From: Chiloscyllium plagiosum
Lineage: Eukaryota
DNA: 64,000 bases
Reading direction: 5' to 3'
Assembly: GCF_004010195.1 (NCBI RefSeq)
Contig: NC_057754.1
Coordinates: 10,015,562-10,079,561, forward strand
Shown here: piece by piece, positions 1-11,102 of the stretch
Layout of the letters: every line of letters starts with the position of its first letter
How positions within the stretch are numbered: position 1 is the stretch's first letter
Translations under genes and position numbers: made by a program
The notes under the pieces: model-generated
What the model was told of the DNA's origin: nothing
Database searches by the model: none
Seen by the model: only the letters and a program-made list of their open reading frames with translations

Positions 1-565
1 CCAGGATAGATATGTTATCCCAGTCGAAATGGTGTTTTTTTTCCTCCATGTGTAGGGCTATGAGGGAGAGAGGGTCGTGTCTTTTTGTGGCTAGCTGGTG
101 TTCGTGGCCAACTTTCTTCCTGTTTGTCCTACATAGTGTTTGTGGCAGTCCTTGCATGGAATTTTGTAGACGACATTGGTTTTGTCCATGGGTTGTACTG
201 GGTCTTTTAAGTTTGTTAGTTTTTGTTTGAGAGTGTTGGTGGTTTGTGTGCTACTAGGATTCCGAGGGGTCTTAGTAGTCCGGCTGACATTTCTGAAACT
301 TCTTTGATGTATGGTAAGGTGGTTAGGGTTTCTGGCTGTGTTTGGTCTGCTTGTCGTGGTTTGTTCTTGAGGAATCGTCTACAAAATTCCATGCAAGGAC
401 TGCTACAAACACTATGTAGGACAAACACAGGAGACAACAGCTTCGCTTCACTTGGAGGTCGCTACTGATGATGTTACCTAGCCAGGTAATGAAACGTCTG
501 GATAGCAAACCTACAGCTCACCGAGCAAACCTACACCCTAAACCTCAAACTGAGCTACAAACCTT
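1..565 (-). mobile_element. Penelope-like element (PLE) fragment: GIY-YIG endonuclease region plus inverted pLTR piece with hammerhead motif
   Basis: Minus strand reads TLPYIKEVSEM..RPLGILVAHKP, KIPCKDCHKHYVGQTGRKL and HHFDWDNISIL. 121-173 is an inverted copy of 375-427. Hammerhead core at 465-498. Confidence 0.85.
462..501 (+). ncRNA. Minimal type-I hammerhead ribozyme motif (PLE-associated)
   Basis: CTGATGA(465-471)-T-GTTACCT/agcc/AGGTAAT-GAAAC-GTC. ACGT palindrome at helix III; helix I is weak. Confidence 0.7.
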
Positions 566-574
566 CACAAACCT

Positions 575-3100
575 TGCATCCACCTCCTGCCTATAATGTG
601 ACAACCAGAATTGAGCACAATACTCCAAGTGTGACCTAACCAAAGTCTTATAAAGCTGCAACATGGCAACCTGACTTTTGTTCTCAATTCCCCAAGCAAT
701 AATGGCAGAAATACCATATGCTAATTTTATCATACTATCTACTTGCGAGCCACTTTCAGGGAGCTATGGACTTGAACTCTGTTCATCAGTACTGTGCAAG
801 GTCCTGCCATTAATAGAACATACAACAGTACAGCACAGTATAGGCCCTTCGGCCCTTGATGTTGTGCCAACCTTCTATCCTACTCTAAGATCAAACTAAC
901 CTACATACCCTTCATTTGACTATTATCCATATGCCTATCCAAGAGTCACTTAAATGTCCCTAAATCTGACTCTACTACCACTGCTGGCAGTGCATTCCAC
1001 ACACCCACCACTCCATGTAAACAATCTACCTCTGACATCTCCCCCAAACCTTCCTCCAATAAGCTTAAAATTACGCCCCCTTGTGATTTCCATTTCCCCC
1101 TGGGAAAAAGTCTCAGGCTGTCTACTCTATCTATGTCTCTCATCATCTTGTACACCTCTATCAAGTCACCTCTCATCCTTCTTCATTCTAATAGAGAAGC
1201 CCTAGCTCCCTCAACCTTTCTATGCCCTTCAATCCTGGCAGCATCCTGGTAAATCCTGTGCATCCATTCTAAAGCTTCCACATTACTGTATACTTTTCCT
1301 TAAAATTTGATTGCTCAAAGTGCCGCACCTCACACTTCCCCAGATTAATATTCATCTGCTATTTTCTGCCCATATTTATAACTCATCTGTATCCCTCTGT
1401 GTCCTTTGACAACCTTCTACACTATCCACAACTCCACTGATCTTTGTATGGTCTGCAAATTTACTAACCCATCTATCGACATTTTCATCCAAGTCATATA
1501 ATCCACAAACAGCACAGGTCCCAGTACAGTACAGATCCTTGCAGAACACTAGTCACAGGCCTCCAGCCAGAAAAAAACATCCTTCCACGACTACCCTCTG
1601 CCTTTTAAGGGCAAGCCAATTTTGAATCCACGCAGCCAAATCACCATGCATCTTAATTTTCTGAATAAACCTGCCTTATGGGACTTTGTCGAAAGCCTTA
1701 TTGAAATCCATGTAAGACAACTTCCACTGCTCTACCTTTACTTCCTCAAAAAAATTTAATCAAGTTCGTAAGACATGACCTGCCCTGCACAAAGCTATGC
1801 TGACCATGCCTAATTAGATTAGATTAGATTGGATTCCCTATAGTATGGAAACAGGCCCTTCAGCCTAACAAGTCCGCCCCGACCCTCCGAGTTAGGCTTT
1901 TTTATGCATTTAGATCCTATCCGTAAGAATTCTCTCCAATAGGTTCCCAACCACCGATGTGAGTCTCACAGCTCTGTAGTTGCCTCGATTATGTCTATTT
2001 CTTTTCTTGAACAGAGGAACATTCGCTACTCATCAGTCTTCTCTCCAGTGGCTAATGAGAATACAAAGATCTTGGAGAAAGTGAGGCCTGCAGATGCTGG
2101 ATTTCAGAGCCTGATGAAGGACTTATGCTCGAAACGCCCATTCTCCTGCTCCTTGAATGCTGCCTGACCAGCTGTGCTTTTCCAGCAGCACACTCTTTGA
2201 TACAAAGATCTTGGTCAAGGCCCCAACAATCTCTTGTCTTATCTACTCAAGTTGTTGAAAGAGACCATCGGACCCTGGCAGACATATCCGCCTCAATGTT
2301 CTGCAAGAGACTGAACACCACTTCTTTCTTGATCTCAAAATGCCCTCGCATATTAACATGCTCTGCACTAATCACACTATCCTCCATATCCTTCTGGGTG
2401 AATACCAACACAAAGTGCTCATTTAGGTTCTCATCTATATCTTCTGCCTCCAAACATAAATTCCCTCCTTTATCCTCGAGTGGTCCTACCTTCTCCCTAG
2501 TTATCCTTTTTTTTAAATATATGTATAGAATGCCTTGGGATTCTCTTTAACTCTACTTCCCAAGATGTCCCCTCTTTGCTCTCCAAATTCCCTGCTTGAG
2601 TCCTTTCCTGCTTTCTTTATATTCCTCACAGGCCTTACCTATTTTAACTTCCTAAACCTGACATATGTGCCTTTTTTTCCCTTTTGACTAAATCCACAAT
2701 GTCCCTTATGACCTTGCCATCCTTGTCCTTCCTTCTTGCTGGAACATGCCGGTCCTGAACTCTGATCAGCAGGCCTTTAAACAAATCCCAGACATCAACT
2801 GTGAACTTGCCCAATAATAGCTCCTCCCAATATTGGCATAATTTGCCCTCCCCCAGTTTAGTACCTTCCCTCAATGTACTGACTTATCCTTATTCATAGC
2901 TATCTTAAAACTGAAGGATTGTGATTGCTGTTTCCAAAGTGCTGTCTCACTGAAATGTCAGTCACCTGGCCTGGCTCATTAGCCAATACAAAGTACAGTA
3001 TGGCCCCTTTTCTGCTTGAACTGTCCATGCACTGTTTCAAGAAACCCTCTTAGATGCACTAGCAAATTCTGCCACATCTAAACCTCTTGCTCTAAGGGAG
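575..3100 (-). mobile_element. Decayed CR1 LINE ORF2 mosaic with nested CR1 3' end (~815-1260)
   Basis: Minus ORFs include LQLYKTLVRSHLEYCAQFW, MRGDLIEVYKMMR..VGVWNALP and LNEHFVLVFTQKD, all typical of CR1 RT or linker. Confidence 0.85.
2076..2199. mobile_element. Mini non-autonomous PLE with degenerate hammerhead and 15-bp TSD
   Basis: TSD ATACAAAGATCTTGG at 2061-2075 and 2200-2214. CTGATGAAGGACTTATGCTCGAAAC at 2111-2135. The two halves are in opposite orientation. Confidence 0.75.
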
Positions 3101-4149
3101 CACTATGTCAAGCTCCACCTACCACCATCCCTCTCTCTTCCTCTACACTTGTCATATTATATTTCAGTACTGGATGAGCAGAAAACTCCACCAATTAAAA
3201 ATTGGAATGATCTGAGCTATTCCATTCACTCACCACTTCAAATCTGGTCTCCTGAGCTAGAGCTTTTCCCCTTGTAGAAACTCTTTTAAGCTAAATCATA
3301 CTGTCCACAATACTAATGCCGCTTTTGACCCCAAGCTGATTTTGTAATCACATCATAACTCCACGGTGGCAACAGAGTAGGGCTCCTGAGTTGGAGCTCA
3401 ACCGCTTTTTTTTTTCTTCTTTGCTGGCTTTCTTTTTCCCTCTACTTACCTTCTGGAGGGAGCTTGGGCATGGAGGCAGCGGCTGGGGGCCCAGAACCGA
3501 GACTTTGGCATTTGGTCTTGAGGTGTTTGGTGTACCCGGGCAGAACTCTGTGGTCAGTGGCAATGTGGAAGGGGCTTGCGGTCTGGAGGAGCGCCAGAGG
3601 GGCACTCTGGCAGTCTGCATGAGGTAGTTCATGAGCACGGATAGTGCTCGGCGACAAGATGGCAGTGCCAGAGATCAAGTCTAGTACAGGTTGGAGGATC
3701 GAGCTCTTGTGAGGAACGCCCAGTGTGGAGCAACTGCAGGCTCATGGCTAAAGAAGGACTGCAAATTAGAATTTTTAACTTAATCATACCTGTACACTGA
3801 GAACAGTGTAGTCTTGAATTTTTACCTTATTTCTTTATGTTTCCAACTTTTTACCTAAACTCTTGTACATAAGTACCTTGTACCTATAAAACCTAAGTCT
3901 AATTCTAACTGATACCAGGTACTTCAATTTCCATAAAGTCACCCTTCTCCAGCTTAGTTGCTGCTGAAAGCCTCATCCAAGTCTTTGGACTTGATGGTAA
4001 CCAATACATTCCTGACCAGCCTCTCAACATACACTGCACCTTCACCTGAGATCATCCAAAACGATGCTGCCTGTGCACTTTCCAGGTTGCATTCTCCCAA
4101 ACTCCTGTGCTCACTGATCTACATTGTCTCCTGGTCAATAAGTTATTTA

Positions 4150-5060
4150 GGCTATTAGGCAGGTATAGCTGGCAATTAGGAAATCTATGTTAGCCTTTAT
4201 CGGAAGAGAATTTAATTGCAAGAATAATGAATTTGTGCATGAGTTCTGAAAACCTTGGGGTGACTGCACCTGAGTTAGTGTGTGCATTTTTGGCCCCATT
4301 AGCTCATGAAGGCTTTCATTGCCAGAGAGGGAGTGCAACTGAGACTCACCAGACTTACCTGGGATGGCAGCACTCTGCTATGAAGGAACATTATGGGAAA
4401 TGGGCTGATATTAAGAATCTTGGAATTTTACAGTAGAGGATGCCATTCAACCCATCATGTCTGCACCAATTCCTGAAAGAACTACCCAGTTAATCCCACT
4501 TTCCAGCCCCACCTCCATAGCCTAACTTCATTCCTTCAAATATATATCTAGCTTTCTTTTGAAACTGTCAATGGAATCCACCTCCAATCTCCCAGCCAAT
4601 GCATTACAAATCCTAATAATTGAGTAAAAACGTTTCTCCTGATCTCACTCATAGCAGTCTTGCTGACAATCTTGAAGTTGCAACCTACTTACTCTCATGG
4701 TTCAAAGAATTAGAGATGATCACTTTGAAACTGATAAATACTTAAGGAATAGATGAGGGATATGCAAGTAATTTTCTAAAATAGGAATCTGGAATTAGAG
4801 GACACAATTGAAACATAAGTGGGCAACCACCTTGGGATGGTGGTGAGGAAAAATTATTTTATTCAAATGGTTGTGAATCTTTGGAATTCTCTATCCCAGA
4901 GCTATGGAAGCTCAGTCATCTCATGTGTTTAAAATTGAGATTGACAAACTTGTTTTAAAAAAGAGGATGGAAAAGGATAGTGCTGGAAAAAGGCATTGAA
5001 GTGAACGATCAATGATTGAACAGGCTTAATAGAGCAGGCTTAATGGGCTAAATGGTTACC
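4150..5060. mobile_element. Old CR1 3' fragments on both strands
   Basis: Degenerate CR1 3' motifs, e.g. ggttgtgaatctttggaattctctatcccagag and cacctgagttagtgtgtgcatttttggcccc. Confidence 0.6.
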
Positions 5061-5746
5061 ACCTGCTCGGAGTATGGTTGAGATTTGATCAGGTTATTAG
5101 ACAGTGAATAGAGGTCTCCCAACTCTGAGAACAGAACCTCCTTAATGACGACTGATAGCTAACAACGAGCTGGGTGAGACAGCAATCAGTTTGTTTTCCT
5201 CATTTCCTGATTACACACGGTAGAAAATTTCTGATCAGAATCAGAAAGACAAACTTTTAAGCTGCCTCCAAGAATATACATCAAAACCTTTCTGGTAAAT
5301 ATGATTCATTCTCCTGACTGCAGATCATCTCACACAATTCTAAATTATTGGCATATCGCCAATACAGATGTTTGGATAGATTTTAACTTCCTTGTCTCTC
5401 TGTTCACTGCATCCTTCCTGGGAAAGTTGTCCCATTGATTCTGGACTTGGAATTCAATTTAATTTTGCCTTCCAAAACTCTTTGTGAAGCCTACTGTGGA
5501 TATATTTGTAATCCCTGTCACACTCTTCTACAATCCCCAGGCTCTCTTAAGCCCCTGCCTGTTTTCTCTCTTAGCAATCAAACATTTCCTGTAATATGTC
5601 AAGGTCACTGTATATTCCTGGCCTGATTTAATTAAGCACAGGTAAAAAGGTTCTTAAGACTGATAGTCCTCAAGACTATGATCTCCATCACTGCAATCCC
5701 ACTCCCTGAAAAAAGGGGCTCAAGCTCATTCATTATTTAAGAGTGG

Positions 5747-5752
5747 TTTATT
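5747..5752 (-). terminator. Candidate polyadenylation signal for ZNF-A
   Basis: TTTATT (AATAAA on the minus strand) about 1.15 kb downstream of the ZNF-A stop. Confidence 0.35.
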
Positions 5753-6174
5753 AGGAAGCAACAGTTTAATGTGAGAAGCTAAACACAACCCTTGACATGT
5801 GAGAATGGTTTTCTGGTCCTTGAGGACAAACAGATGGATGATGCAGAATGAGTGCTGGTCTCTCTGGTGAGTGGCAGTGTCTCCTCTGAATAATTTACAG
5901 GTGTGCGTCTGAATGTAAGTTTTGTGTTAAAGCCAGGTTGAATCGCTTTGAAACACTTTCCAACAGCCTGTCTTTAAACTTTTACGTATTTGGTTAGTCA
6001 TTAAGTCCAATTATATCAGAGTCAGAAATATCTTGTTTCAGGATCTGTGCTGGAGTCACATCTTGGACAAAGAGATCAAGCCTGTCCTGCATCTGACATA
6101 GTAATGTATGGATTTTGTTTCTTCACAACAGTGAGTGAGAGAGAGAGCGAGCGAGAGAGCGTGAGAGAGAGAGA

Positions 6175-6417
6175 GAATTTTCTACAACAATCAATACAGG
6201 TCAGAAGATTTTACGACTTCCAGGGAATTTGAAGTAACGGGGGAAGAGGGGGAGGGAGGAAGAAAGAGTGCGGGTGCGCTGGGGGAGGGAGGGTGAAAGA
6301 GAGTGCGGCATGCCAGACCGGGTTCTTGAGACAGAGAAAGAGAGAGAAAACTAGAAAGAGAGAATGAGACAGAGAGCGAATTTTCTACAACAATCAATAC
6401 AGGTCAGAAGATTTTAC
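6175..6417. repeat. ~160-bp G/purine-rich insert flanked by a perfect 40-bp direct repeat
   Basis: GAATTTTCTACAACAATCAATACAGGTCAGAAGATTTTAC at 6175-6214 and 6378-6417. The insert 6219-6379 recurs at 30448-30608. Confidence 0.85.
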
Positions 6418-6909
6418 CAACTTATTGGATGCTAATTTCTCAAAGTCCATTACTGGGATCAGACTTGTCTTCATGCCTGTGCTGATAGGATTTCTGTACC
6501 AGATGAGGAGAACATTTTGAGACTCTTGAATCTCCACCAAATTCCATTCCTCTTCATCTTGGTGGATACTGGAAGGACTACTGCGTGGAATGTGCAAGCC
6601 GGTCAGAATTACCAGTAAGGATTCATCAGCACATTCTCATTGGAAATGTTATCAGTGGAAGAGACACTGAATTGTAAAATATGCAAAGGTCAATTTAGGA
6701 CTAAAGCAAAAAGTTCAGAATTTTGTTATCAACTAATTTCTGGTGAACGTCCCTGAATGATGGTGAACAATCACAGGTAGTACTTTTGAAAGAGACCCTG
6801 CAGCCCTGAAAATTCAATCATACAGATCCAGAATATTAATCTCTAGTTCCAGTTACAGGGATTATTAACATTGGCAGTAACAAACAGCAAGTGTCAGAAT
6901 GAATGTGAT

Positions 6910-7878
6910 TCAGTCCTGAATGTGAGTAATAACAGAACCATATCCTTGCAGTCGCTCATGAACTCGTTGGTGTCTCCGCAGTCGGGATGAATCGATGAAT
7001 CTCTTTCCGCACTGAGAGCAGGTGAATGGTTTCTCCCCAGTATGAATTCGCTGGTGGACAATGAGGTAGTCGGACTGCTTGAACCTCTTGCCACAGTCAG
7101 CACAACTGAAAGGCCTCTCCTCGGTGTGACCTTGCTGGTGTCGCAGCAACGTAGCTGAACTAATGAATCCCTTCCCACACACAGAGCAAGTGAATGGCCT
7201 CTCCCCAGTGTGAACTCGCTGGTGTGTCACTAGCTGGGATGGCAGAGTAAATCCCTTCCCACACACTGAGCAGATGGATTGGCTCTCCCCAGTGTGAACC
7301 CGCTGGTGTGTTAGCAAGTGGGATTGCTGAGCGAATCCCTTCCCACACACAGAGCAGGGAAATGGTTTCTCCCCAGTGTGAAGTCGCTGGTGTGTCAGCA
7401 GGTGGCTTGACTGAGTGAATCCCTTCCCACATACAGAGCACGTGAATGGTCTCTCTCCGGTGTGAACTCGCTGGTGCATAACAAGGGTGCCTGAACGAGT
7501 GAACCTCTTTCCACAGTCCGTGCAGCTGAATGGCTTCTCCTCAGTGTGGATTTGCTGGTGTCTCAGTAAGGTGGTTGACTGACTAAATGCCTTCCCACAC
7601 ACAGAGCAGGCAAATGGTCTCTCCCCAGTGTGAACTCGCTGGTGTACAGTGAGTGCGCCTGAGTGCCTGAACCTCTTTCCACAGTAAGTGCAGCTGAAAG
7701 GCCTCTCCTCAGCATGCACTCGCTGGTGTGTCAGCAGGTTGGATGAATCAGTGAATCCCTTCCCACACACGGAGCAGGTGAACGGCCTCTCCCCAGTATG
7801 ACTGCGGCGATGTGTTTCCAGCTTTGATGGGGAAATGAATCCCTTTCCACAGTCGGCACATTTCCAAGGTTTCTCCAT
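6910..7878 (-). CDS. C2H2 zinc-finger protein ZNF-A, 322 aa, 11 tandem fingers, no effector domain
   Basis: Open ORF MEKPWKCADC... with 11 CxxC-x12-HxxxH units and TGERPF linkers. Candidate acceptor ccttttccag (minus) with the exon starting at 8177. Confidence 0.93.
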   Translation of the reverse strand: MEKPWKCADCGKGFISPSKLETHRRSHTGERPFTCSVCGKGFTDSSNLLTHQRVHAEERPFSCTYCGKRFRHSGALTVHQRVHTGERPFACSVCGKAFSQSTTLLRHQQIHTEEKPFSCTDCGKRFTRSGTLVMHQRVHTGERPFTCSVCGKGFTQSSHLLTHQRLHTGEKPFPCSVCGKGFAQQSHLLTHQRVHTGESQSICSVCGKGFTLPSQLVTHQRVHTGERPFTCSVCGKGFISSATLLRHQQGHTEERPFSCADCGKRFKQSDYLIVHQRIHTGEKPFTCSQCGKRFIDSSRLRRHQRVHERLQGYGSVITHIQD

Positions 7879-8892
7879 GCTATGGGTGTCCTGGTGTCTC
7901 TCCAGGTTGGATGATCAGTTGAAAGCTTGTCCACACACCAGTTTCTCAGCTACAAATCCAGTGATTTCGCTTTCAGGCTGCGTAACTGGTAAATGCTTTT
8001 CCTGCAATAAGTTCACTGGAACATTCTCACTCTGATCTGTGTTTTTCCAGTCACAATGATGTTAGAAATCTTTTCCCGCTGACAGATCAGATGTTGAACG
8101 GTAACGAGTATGTCCTGCTGACTCACTCAGACCTCAGATTCAAGTCTCCCATCATCTAATCCTCTTTCTTTAATACACTGGAAAAGGAGTCAGCATAAAG
8201 TCAGCAGTGAGTATAGGTTAGAAATTTAGAACAGAAATTTCAGTTTCTGTGGATTATTTTTTCTTTCTTGTTTCCCAAAGCTGTAAATCCCTATCCCAAT
8301 CGCTTCTCTCCTTCTGCTGAAATCCAAATAGTTTTGGGTTATTCTTTCTGAACTTTTTAACAAAATAATGTGCATCTACAGACAGCAATATGTTTGGAAA
8401 TTAACTTCAGTCAGTTATCATCACAAAACATTAATCTGATTCTCCTGAACTGACCATACAGAATAGCAGATGTTAGCCTCATAGTCGTATCTGACTGTGT
8501 GGAGAATTGTTTAAGGCACAAAAATAGGTCATTTAACCCATTTTGTCACTCTCTGAATGAGCATTCTGACATTGTGCTATTCTCCTGATTTTTCTCTATA
8601 ATCTTACATGTTGTTCCTATTCAAAAAAATGATCTAATGTCCTCGATTGAACCTGCCTAAATCTCAGTTCCATGCAATGTATTCCAGATCTAATCATAAG
8701 CTGTGCGAAGTTTCTAACACACAATTCGCTCGTTTGTACATTTGAAATCTGCGCTCTTGTTTGCGATGCTTTTATTAATGGGAACAGTTTCTCACTACCT
8801 AGCCATATCCTGCATGATTTTGAAAATTCCATTTAACCTCCTCTTAACTTTCTCTAACCTAACTTCATGACTGAAGTTGCTCACCACTTAAA

Positions 8893-9191
8893 TTAGATTA
8901 GATTACTTAGTGTGGAAACAGGGCCTTCGGCCCAACAAGTCCTCACCGCCCCGCCGAAGCGCAACCCACCCATACCCCTAACCTAACACGACGGGCAATT
9001 TAGCATGGCCAATTCACCTGACCCGCACATCTTTGTGACTGTGGGAGGAAACCAGAGCACCCGAAGGAAACCCACGCAGACACGGAGAGAATGTGCAAAC
9101 TCCACACAGTCAGTCGCGTGAGGCGGGAATTGAACCCGGGTCTCTGGCGCTGTGAGGCAGCAGTGCTAACCACTGTGCCACCATGCCGCCC
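8893..9191 (-). mobile_element. HE1-type tRNA-derived SINE, near full length
   Basis: Minus strand: GGGCGGCATGGTGGCACAGTGG (A box), GGGTTCAATTCCC (B box), conserved core, (TCTAA)n tail. Confidence 0.9.
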
Positions 9192-9539
9192 ACAAATGAA
9201 TGTGGTTTCATCAAACCTTTGTTCCCCCCTCCCACATAAACTAAGCTAAACCTGGAATCAGTCTCAAGGTCCATTCTGGTTCCTGATTCTCTTCCTGAAG
9301 CTCGACTATTTCAATGCAGTCCCCAAAGATCTTCCACATTCTTTCCCTCTGTAAACTTAAAGGTATCACAAACCTTGCTGTGGGTGAATTGCAGCAAGTC
9401 TCATTTAAGCCTGTCAGGCCCGTGCTCACTGACCCACACTAGATCTCAATCAAGCACGTGATGTTGAAATGCTCAACCTTACCATAAAATTCGCCCCAAC
9501 GGCCGCGCCCTGATACCTCCCCTTCTCACGGTTTCTGAA

Positions 9540-9745
9540 ATACCTAGGCTCCTCTAAATTCTGGCCTCTGACGCATTCTGAACTTGCATTGCTCCATCAT
9601 TGGTGATTTCACCTTCGGTTGCCTTGGTCCTCGGGGTCTGGAATTTCCTCCCTGTACCAAACTCTCCTCTTTAAAACCTACCTCTTTGTTCAAGCGTTTG
9701 ATCATCTGCCCTAATATCGCCTCATGTGGCTTTGCCACAATTTGT
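9540..9745 (+). mobile_element. L2-like LINE/SINE 3' fragment; related pieces at ~3930-4140, 25560-25740 and 31240-31830
   Basis: Recurrent motif ccttcggttgcc..tctggaatttcctcc..ctctttaaaacctacctctttg seen at several places in the window. Confidence 0.5.
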
Positions 9746-9899
9746 TTTACCTCAAAAGGCGGTGTAGAAGTAGAAGCCGTTGTTGCAGACTGCACCCCTG
9801 GCCTTCTGACTTACAACAACCCGTAGATCTCTGGTGGGGGGAATCAATCTCTTGTTTATTGTTCCTGCGGGTTCTTCATTCAGGAAGACCAGCACAAGG

Positions 9900-10335
9900 A
9901 AGATGTGGACCGCGCATGCGTTCTGCAGGAAAACCTAATCAACATGGCCGCGCACGCGCCGTGCGACCTGACCCTCCGGTGGCCGTTAATTCGGGGCCTC
10001 TTTTCCAAACAAAAGCTGCAGCTGGCTCCTGCATGGGCTAAACATCCGAACTGGGAGATTCTTACACAGGATTTCAGACCTACGCCATATATTTCTAAAA
10101 CTTCTCATTTTACTGAGCCTCTGGCTCCACTCACCAGACGGTTTTTTTTTGCCCTCCCTCCGCCAATTTCCTTCTCAGCACCAGTCCGCTTCGGTCCCGC
10201 ACTGCGCATGCTCGCCTCCAAACTACTGATTGATACCAGCTTCTACCCAATAGAGACTAGAAGCGTGGCCATACCCCCGCGCTACATTGGCTAGCCCCTT
10301 AACCAATCGATGCAAACTAGGGGCGGGACTACGCT
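9900..10335 (-). promoter_or_regulatory. CpG-rich promoter and non-coding exon 1 of ZNF-A
   Basis: High CpG density. NRF1-like GCGCATGC at 9912 and 10204, CCAAT boxes at ~10247, 10287(-) and 10303, GC box GGGGCGGG at ~10320, YY1-like AACATGGCCG at 9941, minus-strand donor GTGAGT at 10134-10129. Confidence 0.7.
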
Positions 10336-10364
10336 ATTATCGAAATGCATCAAAAATAACACTT

Positions 10365-11102
10365 TGATGCAGAGATGCTGGTGTTGGACAAAAATCACAC
10401 CACACCGGGTTGTACTGCAACAAGCTTATTTGAAACTGTAAGCTTTTGGAGCCCCGCTCCTTCCTAAGGCAGCTAGTCTTCCCACCCATCCCCAGCTCGC
10501 TTTCCAGTCCCATGTCCTCCCTTCTATTTCACCTGCCGACCCTTCCTTCCAGCTAGGATTGCAGATGCTGGAGATTAGAGTGGTGCTGGAAAAGCACAGC
10601 AGGTCAGGTAGCATTCGAGGAACAGGAAAATCGTCTTTTCGGGCAAAAGCCCTTCATTAGGAATGAGGGCAGGGAGCCTCCGGGGTGGAGAGATAAATGG
10701 GAGGTGGGTGGGGCTAGGGAGAAGTAGCCAAGAGTACAATAGGTGGATGGAGGTGATAGGTCAAAGAGGCGGGTGGAATAGAGGACTGAGAAGGAAGATT
10801 GGCAGGTAGGCCAGGTCATGAGGATGGTGCTGAACTGGAAGGTTGGAACTGGAGTAAGGGGGAATGTGGAAACTGGTGAAGTCCACATTGATGCCCTGGG
10901 GTTGAAGTGTTCCGAGGCGGAAGATGAGGCATCAGGTGGTGAGGGAGTGGTAGTGGAGGCGGCCCTGGACCTGCATGTCCTCTGCAGAGGGGAGGTGAAA
11001 TGTTGGGCCACGGGGTGGTGGGGTTGATTAGTTCGGGTGTCCTGGAGATGGTCCTTAAAGCGCTCTGCGAGAAGGCGTCCAGTCTCCCCCCTGTAGAGGA
11101 GA
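10365..11102 (-). mobile_element. PLE 3' fragments with GIY-YIG tail and degenerate hammerheads
   Basis: Minus strand LIFRLGTLQPQGINVDF-like tail at ~10880-10930. Degenerate hammerhead CTAATGAAGGGCTTTTGCCCGAAA at 10637-10660. Confidence 0.7.

Noticed and set aside
3345-3900. GC-richer segment with AAGATGGC and short ORFs
   Set aside because: Probably an unclassified repeat fragment; no diagnostic motif or clear boundaries could be supported.
6894-8035. Alternative-frame and antisense ORFs over the ZNF genes (also 40441-41539)
   Set aside because: By-products of repetitive finger codons.
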